A DNA stretch of 26,514 nt from Tubiluchus corallicola (taxonomy: Eukaryota > Animalia > Priapulida): positions 1 to 26,514 of the forward strand of contig JAQGDQ010001759.1 in assembly GCA_030141605.1 (NCBI GenBank), given 5' to 3'. Position 1 is the stretch's first letter; each line of letters opens with the position of its first letter. The notes below the pieces were generated by a model that was given only the letters and a program-made list of their open reading frames with translations, was not told the origin of the DNA and ran no database searches. A program made the position numbers and the translations under genes. Shown piece after piece: positions 10,903 through 22,494 of this stretch.

Positions 10903-11907
10903 TTGTTTACGGAGAAGTCCGCACTAAATATTTTTTTAGTAATTCTGAAACAAAAATAAATTTTTGTTACAGTATTTTTACAAGAAGAAAAGTGCTATTT
11001 AAGAATTGTTGCTTATCTTTATTTCTGGAGCTGTAGCATAAAAATATGAAAATTTATATTTTTGTTAAGTGCGGACCTGCCATTGGACGCTTGTCGCCTG
11101 CGCTCGCCACATCACCAGTAAAACGAGTAATAAAGAAAGTTGAAACATCTTTCGAGGCAAAGCCTTGCTTATTAGTTTATACTTCGCCGTATCTAACGTA
11201 CTTTTCATAAGAGACTTTCGTGTTTCAATTTGGTATATATTTCTGGGTGTTCTTAGTTATCGTTTTCTCAGATTTAACTTTGTATTGTAAAGTTTTGGAT
11301 GTCGTAATCACTAGGTTAATCAAGTAGCTGGTTTTTGCTAAATACTTTATATTGCCTGTGCTCCATGCGTCACTTTGATCTTAAGTTGATACAGGCTAGC
11401 GGTGTTGTTAATAGTTTTAAAAAAGATAAACAAAATTTTTGTAAAGTTGCACAATACTTATAATTTTGCACCTTGCAAAAGACGATGCATTTCTGTATAT
11501 GTAACAATGTACCACTATAACGACAATCGGAAAAAATTAAGTAATCATTGTTATTAAGTGAATCTTATGAAAAAGAGGTGGTTTATAAAATCCAGCTAGC
11601 AGAGTAGTTTGAACCGGGTGAGGGAGTGCTTTCGATTTCGCAAGCAAGCTTTTAGTTTTAGAGCAGATTTCATGGATTTCAGAAAAAAGTTTTAAAGCTT
11701 GTTAAGGAGCCGTTGTGGTATGATTACTGGTAGTCACCATCATTATGTACTTCATAATTATAATATCGTTACTCTACAATGTTAATCTTGAGCTTGTTTT
11801 AACATCTAGGTCTTGAGAATTTCGTTAGATTGACACACAGTGCGAGTCAGACATTTCATCATTATATAATAACATTAAGCGTGTAGACGTATCAGAAAAC
11901 CATTGTC
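10903..11907. promoter_or_regulatory. Head-to-head (putative bidirectional) promoter region of TMEM216 and SND1
   Basis: About 1.0 kb between divergent ATGs; local GC/CpG-rich patch near 11070-11120 with an ATTGG (CCAAT) box; X-box-like motif at 11902-11915. The transcription start sites cannot be seen from sequence. Confidence 0.6.
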
Positions 11908-11958
11908 ATGGCAACAACTCAGGCTCCAGTTCAACTGCACAGAGGAATTGTCAAACAG
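11908..11958 (+). CDS. SND1: SND1 coding exon 1 ([17 protein letters not shown])
   Basis: gtcATGG Kozak context; RGIVK motif of the SN1 start; CAG|gtttgt donor, phase 0. Confidence 0.88.
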
Positions 11959-14900
11959 GTTTGTTGAACTAGTTCATTATTTAAATAGTTATAAACACGT
12001 TGTGATACATTTTTATTTGCAATTGTATTAGCGCTTGTTAATCTTTTTTTGTACGTAATATTTAAGCAATGTTTGTCTTGGCGTTGTTGTGTGTGACTAT
12101 CTAGTGTTGGCTTAATGCTTAAACAATTAGCATTGTTGTTTTAAACCACAGGAACAGAATAAAATAGATACTTTTGCAGAATGAAACCAACAAACAAGAT
12201 GGTTTTTAAATAATTACTAACAAACCAATTATTAATGAAATAATTATATAAAACTATTTATAATAAGACTGAGTTCTGTATTGAATAATAAGGTCGTTAG
12301 CGACACAGATAAAAATGATAGCGCGCATTACCAGCTGTAATTATTGCAATGTAGAAATAATAAACGCAGTGAATCAACTGCCATTATAAATGTATGCACA
12401 TGAAAATCAGAAGTACAAAATTCACACAGTGAAAACAATTTACACATACAAGCCATACCTGTCCTCATTATACCTGCTGGTGATCTTATTTATATAACTA
12501 CAGTAGCTTCCAGAACATCATCGAAGCACCACTATTATGTAGTGATCATTCCAGACAATTACACAACTTAATTACACTATCATTCTAGATCTTTCTACGT
12601 GCCACGCATAACAAATGTATGTGTGGGCGGATGACATACACACAGCAGTAAAGCAGGATCATTGTAGCATTTAGTTTAGTTTAGTATTTAGTTTAGCATA
12701 TGAGTTCTAAAAACACTTTATTTCATTTGTGGTACATAGGTAAATTTGGGTACATATATGTGTATATGTATATCATTGTATATACAAGTAAGTAATATGG
12801 TGCATTGTAATACAAGTAAGTGGTGCATTGAAAGATAATCACATAATTCATATTCGTAACTATTTAAAAAAAAATTCATTCTTTAAGGCTCACTCAAAGT
12901 CGTAATTACATATTATGTTTTCCTTTCTCAACTTTCAGGTTTATTGCTCTTATACCATTGCTATTATTACATCATTTACTTCATCCTTATTTACATTAAG
13001 TTATCTACAGAAGCATGCATAACAATAATAATTTTTTCATTTAAGTAAGGTGAGTGTGTTAATGACTGTATGGTCGTACACTCACCTCGCACTACTCAAA
13101 TTATTTTATTTAAAGTTTATTAGTGTTTTTGATATTGTATTTTTTGATGTGTGAAATAAAATTCATAGTTCATAGGTATCAAGTAGCTAATCTGACCGTT
13201 TCAGGTGCTTACTGGTGATTCGATTGTGGTCCGAGGACAACCGAAAGGCGGTCCCCCACCTGAGCGCACCATTTGTCTGTCGAATGTCGTAGCGCCTAAA
13301 CTTGCTCGGCGGGCGAATCCAAATGTTGAAGCGTCGGTTGAAACGAAGGATGAGGTAAGATGTGCAAAGCATAATTATGACTTGCCATAAGTGAATGTGG
13401 TGAAGGTAGAGACTGGCATACATGAAGAATAACATTTGGCTTAGGTAATTTCATACAGTAGCTGCAGTCTGTAGTGACATGTAGAAATGTCTTTAAACGA
13501 AACCAAGACTTCCACAAAAAGTAATGTAAAAGAATTGAGATGCGTTCCTAAAGCAAAAATCAATGCTGTTTAAATTATACACATCAAACGTTTTATGAGT
13601 TTTATTCATATTTCTACTGATTAAGCTTCTTTCTGTTTGTTTGAAACCACCTGTACATCTTACCAGTATTTAGCAAGCCTTGCTAGCAAGCCTTGCTTTA
13701 AACACTGCATAATGAAAGCCAAGCCCTGCATGAAGCTATCTTGAGACAATTTCATTTAGTAATAATCTGGTTGTATTAGCAACAAGTTGCAGACAAAATT
13801 CATTGGCATAAAGTTTAAACTCAGGTGCCTGGAGGCGTATAAATTGGCAAATAGATCTCACTTGATACAATCGGCTAAAATTTAGTACATAGTCAGTTGG
13901 GAAGCAAAGGCATTGTAATAATTGCACTGTTTAGGTTACTAATGTGTCCCAAAAAACTCTCCATGCAAATCTATGTTACTTAGCATTTCTGTTGGAAAGA
14001 CTTATGTAACTGGAAACAATAATTTAAAATTTTCGTGCCAATTGGTAAGATGTCGCTGGCTCACTCTCCAGGGTGCGCCACTCACTAACAAAAAACGTAT
14101 TTTTAATCAGATTGATAGGATACTGTAATTTAAAATTTTGCTTAGTAGCATGTATGCTACTTATGTTTTGATTATTTTTCAAACTTCACACAATGTTATC
14201 TAAACTTGTTTCAAATGACCTAACATTAAAATGGCTGTGCCTGACGGTCATCACAGGAGTTTAGTAAATTTAAAAGTTTTATACAGCGTTACTGACGATG
14301 AAAGCCCTGCATGCATAAAGGCACTACGTAAATGGTATAAAATGGCTGTGCCCGACGGTCATCACATGAGTTTAGTAAATTTACAAGTTTTATACAGCGT
14401 TACTGACGATGAAAGCCCTGCATGCAAAAAGGCACTACGTAAATGGTATAAAATGGCTGTGCCTGACGGTCATCGCAGGTGTTTAGTAAATTTAAAAGTT
14501 TTATACAGAGCTACTGATGTGAAAGCCTTGCATCCAAAAAGTATAAAAAGAATTAAATGGTATAAAATTTCAAGACGAATTTTGTAAGCTTTATGTAAGT
14601 GGAGGGTTTTATTGTGCTTTAACGTAATTGTACAAAAAGATCAAATGTAGATGACATAAAATCTTAAAGCGGGTTTTTAAGCTGCATGTAACAATTCACT
14701 GATCTTCTCTCTTAATTGGTTAGGAGCAGTATGTTGATTTTCGTCTTGCGATGATATTATTTGTAATCACCATTTTATGATTAATTTACGTAGCCATTTG
14801 CCTGGGAAGCTCGCGAGTTCTTGCGGAAGAAACTCATCGGGAAGGAAGTGACATTCACCGTGGAATACAAAGTGCCTGGCTCTGATAGAGAATACGGTGT

Positions 14901-17900
14901 AGTGTACTTATTAGGAAAAGGTACCATAACTCTGTGATTTTCTGTTAATGAGTAATTTATTAAATTTTTTTAGATAGTAAGCACCTTTTTATACAGGTTG
15001 GCACCAGTTAAGCTGAGAGCAGCACATAGTGGTAGCGCCTTTTATGTATTCCATGCATGTGGGAAGACAAGAATCTAGCTCCTTAGCGAGGTTGACGTAA
15101 GATGAGGCAGTGAACTGATAGAGGTGTCCTAGCCACATTCGATGCATATGTATGCTCTCTTGAGAAGAAAATTTGCCAGGAGCTGCATGACAGATAAAAC
15201 TGCCAAAATCAGTTTTTCTGTCGTCACCTATCCATTTACTAACAGAGTTCGGTATTGTTGAACCTTGGTCATTAAGCGCATTGGTTTGTTTTCTTTAATC
15301 CGAATGTTATGATGCCATAATGTTATCGTAAACCTAAGTTAGTATATAGAACAGCACTGTTAGTCACAAATTTGAAAAGCATACATAAAACATATTATAT
15401 AATAAATTACTGCATAAATTGTTTAAAATAGTAAAACCTTGATTTGGGTACAATGCTGAGAGCATATTAATAAAATTCAAACTATAATCATAAATTCTTG
15501 TATTTTTGCAGGTAATATGCAGGAAAACATCACAGAATCCATGGTTAGCGAAGGACTGGTGGAAGTTCGGCGATTAGGAATAAAGCCTTCTGAGTGAGTT
15601 GTAACTTTCAAATCTCTAGCATGGTGTCCAAATATCTCGCATAGTGTAAACTTGACATTCAAGATTACTAGAGGCTAGATTCTCACTAAGTTCTCTAAAG
15701 TAGAAGTTAAACAGAAGAGGGGACATCTTTCCTCCCTGCCGTACACCATTGCCAACTTTAAAAATCTCAGAGTTATAGTTACCTCATCTCACTAGCATGT
15801 CTTGATGGGTGTAATAAAAAACAAGTAAACAAACAACAACATTTGGCATCTCAGTTTCAATGAGTTTTAAAAACAGTTTAAAATAATTAATTCTATCAAA
15901 GGCTTTGGAGGCGTCTAAAAACATTATATGTACAGTACTCTGGCGGTCTATATAATAGTCTACTACTTCTTTTAACATGTTAATACATAACGCAGTACCC
16001 AAATTCTCTACATATCCAAACTGGTTGGGCGTGGCAGGTCAAAATTTGGTCTGTCACTTTTCTGAATGTTTCTAAAATTCTGTTCCTCGTAGTTCAAGAA
16101 TTTTAAATATAATTGTAAGATTGCTGCTAGTATCCTTAGCATCGTTTGAATCGGTGAGTCGTTAGACACATTTTGAGCACGGCCAGGAAAATATAATTTG
16201 GTAAAATGTCAGGGAAAATGAAGAAAATGGGGCGAAAAGTTCGGGAAATTGGAAAGGGTTGCAAAAAATAATCACCGTGACACTATATTTTTCCAAACAT
16301 ATTTTTCAGCGATCCGTGTTCAAATAAAATTTTGCTGCATCAGGCTCCTAGTTTCGATTTCTGTTCCAAAAATATTGAATGGCCGACACATTATATATCA
16401 GTACATGTATGAATGTCTGTAGACAAAAATGTTTGAATATGTATACTGGCAATGCAATTTCTGCTTATCTTGGTCATGGAAAATCAATATTTCGTCAGGG
16501 AAATATATTTTAAAATTCTGTGGGAACCCTGTTCTTGGTCACGGAAAATCAATATTTGGTCAAGGAACAGTCAGAGAAATATATTCTAAGATTCTGTGGG
16601 AACAATGCTCGAGTTCACGATATTCTGTTATTGTACATTAGCTTGATGGGCCTACTGATAATGACTTTATATTCTAAGCAGTAAAATAGGACCTATTTCT
16701 GTCTTTGTACACACGCTTAGTTTATACGTTACCGTTACCAAGTTTGCCGCAGATAAAAATGTTTGACAAAAGGTAATCTGATGTACTGTTTGTTGCGGCG
16801 GTAAACGATAAAACGAGATCTGACAGGTGCTTGTGACATTGTAATGTAAAATTTCGTCTTCTGTGAGGCAACAATTATTTGCTGTTTATTTTTGTTTTGA
16901 CTTCATGGACCCTCTTTTGAAAAACCTGTGTTTATTGAAATAGAGTAGCATTTTTGTAATTTGCAAGTAATGTACCCTAGGTGGGACATTGCAACGTTTT
17001 CTACAAGAATTTCATAGGTGCTTTCATTTGTGCAGCGACCAGACTAAGCTTATCGATCTGGAAGAGTTGACCAAGGCTGCTGGCAAAGGCAAATGGTCGC
17101 AGGATCCAGACATAGCTAACAGAGTGCGAGACATATCGTGGAATCTAGAGAATCCTAGACATTTTGTCGACTCTCATCACAACAAGCCTGTACAAGGTGA
17201 GGACGAATCATCACGTGACCTGTCAAAAATTCAAATATTCTTGTAATAAACGTTTTCGTAGTTTCACTATGCTCACACGCAGTTGCTGTAGGTCAAAGGT
17301 TACGTGTACCACAGCAATGCGTTTTAACTACAACCGTCAGGTAATGTGTGGGCAAAGCAAAATCATGTGATGCTCAGTTCAGTAACATCAGTTGTTTTAT
17401 GTGGACTTTACTTAATTATGCATTAGACTGTCTGTAAAAGTGATTTACTAATACGATCTTGCTTAGGAACAAGAAAATATGAACTAGGCAAGGTTCTGGC
17501 TAGCTGTTAAAACTGTTGCTAATAAAGTAGCTTGGGCTGCAAGGTGTTGTCAAGTGTAGAGTGATTTACTAGTGCAATCTTGCTTAGGAACAAGAAAAAA
17601 TGAACTAGCTAAGGTTCTAGTTAGCTGTTAAAACTGTTACAGTAGCATGAGGTGTGAGGCATTGTCAAGTGTACACTTAACCGTTGACCTTTTCATGATC
17701 ATCATCAATCGCCGGAACTGCAAAAAGGCTTATTGAGGCTGTAACTGAAAAACCTGAGAAACACTGGTTTTACGGACGACTTTTTTAACGAATTTTGTCT
17801 TTTACAGTCAATTAATTCCACCTGGTTTTTAGTTTTCGAATGTTTTGCCATAAAAACTGTCAGAATTGAGCGTGGCTTGATATGTAGAACATTATTGTAA

Positions 17901-20900
17901 GTTATAACCCTTAACCCTTCAAGTTAGAGTATCCATAATATATAACATTATGCAAACGCAGTGTGCAAATCAGTTCTTTGTTATTTCAGCTGTTATTGAG
18001 TACGTACGTGACGGATGCACAATGAGAGCGTTTCTACTACCGAGCTTCCAATACGTAACTGTTATGTTATCGGGAGTTAAAGTAAGTTCACGTTTCTAAC
18101 TTTTTATAACATTTTGTTTTAGGAAGTGTGCACTAAATACTTATGACAAATAAACATTTATCAGCACTTGCTACCAGAGTTGTTCTTTCTTCTTCAAAGT
18201 CTCATTTCGCCTATTGTAGGCATTGCGGCAACAATATTTATTGGAGTATTCCACCCACTTCTATCTGCAGGTGACAGCGTAAGTTCTTCTACTCAAGAGT
18301 TGTTACCGTAATGAAATTTTCCGTGCGGTTTGCCGATAACTGCCCTTTAATTCAGTTTCGTTTTCGTCGAAACTTATTAAGTTTCGTTGCCTGTAATTTC
18401 CTCCCGAGGTTTTAGTGCTGTTTATCCAGTTTACCTTTTCTTTTCTCCTAGATATTAAAATACCGCTGGAAAATATTGGCTAAAGCCGTTCAAATAAGCA
18501 AAATTTTCTGTTGGGAGTAAGTCATTTACGGCAGTGTGGCATATATCTTCAGTGTTCACGAAGGTCTTCAGCCACAATCGACCGAAATATAGGCGTGTAA
18601 TTTGAACAAAACCAAGTTTAATTTTATAATTTACGAAATATAGGCAACAAGGTATTTACAAGATAAAATTTGTTTATTTTTTTAAGCATTTAGTTGTAAG
18701 GTTTAGTTCTAGTTGCAGTTCTAGCATTGCTCTGTAAATTGAATTCCGTGGTACTAGTTCAAGGCTCAGCTGTTATGTAATACAGTAGTTTCTGTTTTCG
18801 ACCGTAATTCGTTCCTAAAAAGCGTTTGAAAACCGATTTGGTTGAGTACCGAATCATTTATTCTCATAAGAAATAATGTAAAAGCAAATAATCCGTTCTC
18901 AAGCACTAAATGAACTGTAATGTATTACTAAAACGAAATATAATAATGCAAAAATGTTTATTCAAACAGTAGATATGATATAATTGATAAGAAAAACATA
19001 ATAGAATTACTTTGAAAGAAAAACGTAATTGTTCCTGCACGGAAAAAGCGGAGATAAATAAGCGTAGAAAGCACTTAGCGATATTAGGCGATTCAAATCT
19101 TGTGCGTGACTGCTCTCGCGCGCGGTCGGTTACGCTCGGCTCTACTCGGCTGGCCGCACATGTGTTCATCACGTGTTTGGCGGTTGGTCGAATACCGAAA
19201 TTTTGGTCGAGAACGGAGACAATTTCAGCTCGAATTTTCTGGTCGAAAACCGATTTGTACGAATACGGAGACGTTCGACAACGGAGCTATGACTGTACAA
19301 ATTTTTGTCGGCTAGCTTATTTCATCAGGTTTGTATTGCAGCAATAAAAGCAAACAAGCAAAAACATGTTTACCTATTTAAGAATTTTGTAGTTTTAATA
19401 GTAGTTGGTTTTGCAAAAGTGATCTTGGTATTGGTTTTGTTTCCGCATCGGTTGCCAAACGTTAGATAAATTTCGGTTTCAGTGACATCTGCTTCTTGCT
19501 GCATAGTTATTTAAAATTTACAACTTCTGGAAAATGCCATTATGAATTTTGCACAAACGAAGTGTTAAGGAAATCTTCTTTATTCGAAATATGATAAATA
19601 TCGGCCGTGTTACTGATTCATACGCTGGTCACATTTTGTTTTTATGTACATTAAAATATAATCAATTTTAGCTTATCAGACGTCGAACAGAATGCCAGCA
19701 AAATGTCTACTATCCAAATGTAATTAGCTAGTTAGTTACTTAATTAGTGCATTATCTAATTCATTAATTTCTAGATTATCAAACCATCAATGATATGTTT
19801 CTTTTGTCTTGAGGAAAGAACTATTGGATCCAGCTTGCACCCCAGTCGTCTTACAACAAATCCACCTGAACCGATTGTAGTCGTAAGTCGATGACTGTAG
19901 ATGAATATTGGGTCCAGCTTGCACCCCAGTCGTCTTACAACAAACCCACCAGAACCGATTGTAGTCGTAAGTCGATGACTGTAGATGAATATTGGGTCCA
20001 GCTTGCACTTCAGTCGTCCTACAACAAACCCACCAGAACCGATTGTAGTCGTAAGTCGATGACTGTAGATGAATATTGGGTCCAGCTTGCACCTCAGTCG
20101 TCTTACAACAAATCCACCAGAACCGATTGTGGTCGTAAGTCGATGACTGTAGATGAATATTTGGTCCAGCTTGCACCCCATTCGCCTTACAACAAATCCA
20201 CCTGAACCGATTGTGGTCGTAAGTCGATGACTGTAGATGAATATTGGATCCAGCTTGCACCCCAGTCGTCTTACAACAAATCCACCAGAACCGATTGTGG
20301 CCGTAAGTCGACGACTGTAGGTGAATATTGGATCCAGCTTGCACCCCAGTCGTCTTATAACAAATCCACCAGAACCAATTGTGGTCGTAAGTCGACGACT
20401 GTAGGTGAATATTGGATCCAGCTTGCACCCCAGTTGTCTTACAGCAAATCCACCAGAACCGATTGTGGTCGTAAGTCGACGACTGTAGATGAATATTGGA
20501 TACAGCTTGCACCCCAGTCGTCTTACAGCAAATCCACCAGAACCGATTGTGGTCGAAAGTCATCGACTGTGGGTGAATATTGGATCCAGCTTGCACCCCA
20601 GTCGTCTTACAACAAACCCACCAGAACAGATTGTGGTCGTAAGTCGATGACTGTAGATGAATATTGGATCCAGCTTGCACCCCAGTCGTCTTACAACAAA
20701 CCCACCAGAACCGATTGTGGTCGTAAGTCGACGACTGTAGTTAGTTGTTTTCTATAACCACCGCTTATTCACTAATGTTTGCATTTTGCAGTGTCCTATG
20801 TTTAAAATGGAAGATAATAAACAGGTAATGGAAGAGTACGCACAAGAAGCCAAGTTTTTCGTTGAAAGTCGACTACTGCAGAGGGATGTTAACGTTATCC

Positions 20901-21899
20901 TCGAAGGAGTGTCCAATCAAAACTTGCTGGGGACGGTGTTACATCCGGTATGTATTTCCTTACAAGCTAAAAAAATATTGCCATTCTAATTGCTAAAGAG
21001 TGCTAGGGATAATCCGGTAAAGGAGCAAATTCACTGGATTTAGTTTAATGGATTATCTTGGATTGGTGACTCATTGCCTGGAATGCAGGATAATAACTAG
21101 CTGTAAACGGTTACTTCATACATTTATTCTATTCATGCACACATCAGGATTGCTTAAATTTTCAATATTCTTTTGCAAAAATTCTTATCGATCAAACTTG
21201 CATCTCATTTCGAGTCTTTCTGTGTCTGTTGTGCCCATTGGAAATCGTTGTGGCATGTAATACAACTATCTGGCTACATTGAGGTATTAGTGTTTGCTCT
21301 TCTGTTGATTGGATAATGTTAGTTTTACATTTTAGAATGGCAACATCACGGAGTTACTACTGAAAGAAGGTTTTGCTCGCTGTGTGGACTGGAGTATGGG
21401 TGTGGTAACGCAAGGGGCAGAGAAACTTAGGGCAGCTGAAAAGTGAGTCTTTACTGCCACTTATTATTGTAATTATTATTGTGATTCTTGTTGTTGTTGT
21501 TCTTCTTCTTCTTCTTCTTATTATTATTATTATCATCGTCATCTTCATCATCATCATCATCATTATTACTGTGACTTTCTCACATTTAGGCTGTAATCCC
21601 AAACAAAGACTGGAGCAACATAAAGTAATTTAACATGTTTATTGTGCAAAAACACAGAAGAATTACTGACAAAAGAATCAGCGACAATGAAGAAAAAAAC
21701 CAACTTCTAGTAAAATTCAGATTATGACACATCACTCAAAATTGTAGTAGATGCGAAACTATTTCCATAAGCACTGCTGCTGCTGCTGTGACTACGGCTA
21801 CTACTACTGCTGCTGCTGCTTCTGCATCTGCTGCTGCTGCTACTGCTACTACTACTGCTGCTGCTACTGCGACTACTACTGCGACTACTACTACTACTG

Positions 21900-21946
<47 letters not shown>

Positions 21947-22047
21947 GCTGTGACTATGGCTTCTACTACTATACTACTGCTGCTGCTTCTGCATCTGCTG
22001 CGGCTACTGCGACAACTACTGCTGCTGCTACTGCGACTACTACTGCG

Positions 22048-22095
<48 letters not shown>

Positions 22096-22287
22096 CCTGC
22101 GAGTACTACTGCTACTACTGCTACTACTACTACTACTACTGCTGCTACTACTACTGCTGCTGCTGCTGCTTCTGCATCTGCTGCTGCTACTACTGCGACT
22201 ACTACTGCTGCTGCTACTGCGACTACTACTGCTACTACTGCGACTACTACTACTACTACTGCTGCTACTACTACTGCTACTACTGCG

Positions 22288-22350
<63 letters not shown>

Positions 22351-22460
22351 GCTACTGCTACTGCTATTACTACTACTACTGCTGCTACTGCTGCTGCTAC
22401 TACTACTGCTGCTGCTGCTGCTGCTACTGCTACTACTGCTGCTGCTGCTGCTTCTGCACC

Positions 22461-22494
<34 letters not shown>

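Noticed and set aside
14231-14587. 118-aa repeat ORF, and a CTGACGA-T-GAAA motif resembling a hammerhead core
   Set aside because: The ORF reflects the 111-bp (37-codon) period. The motif has only 1 nt where stem II should be, and I found no stems I/III or cleavage site.
15040-15150. Possible intronic structured RNA or snoRNA in SND1 intron 3 (ATGCATGTGG...CCACATTCGATGCAT)
   Set aside because: Only weak pairing; no properly placed C/D or H/ACA boxes or ribozyme core.
18906-19347. ORFs of 71-111 aa
   Set aside because: They lie within a non-autonomous MITE and have no transposase motifs.
19822-20740. CRISPR-like array of palindromic repeats, and its 297/176/136/104-aa ORFs
   Set aside because: The linkers are constant rather than unique spacers, there are no cas genes and the context is a eukaryotic intron. 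The ORFs arise because 84 is a multiple of 3.
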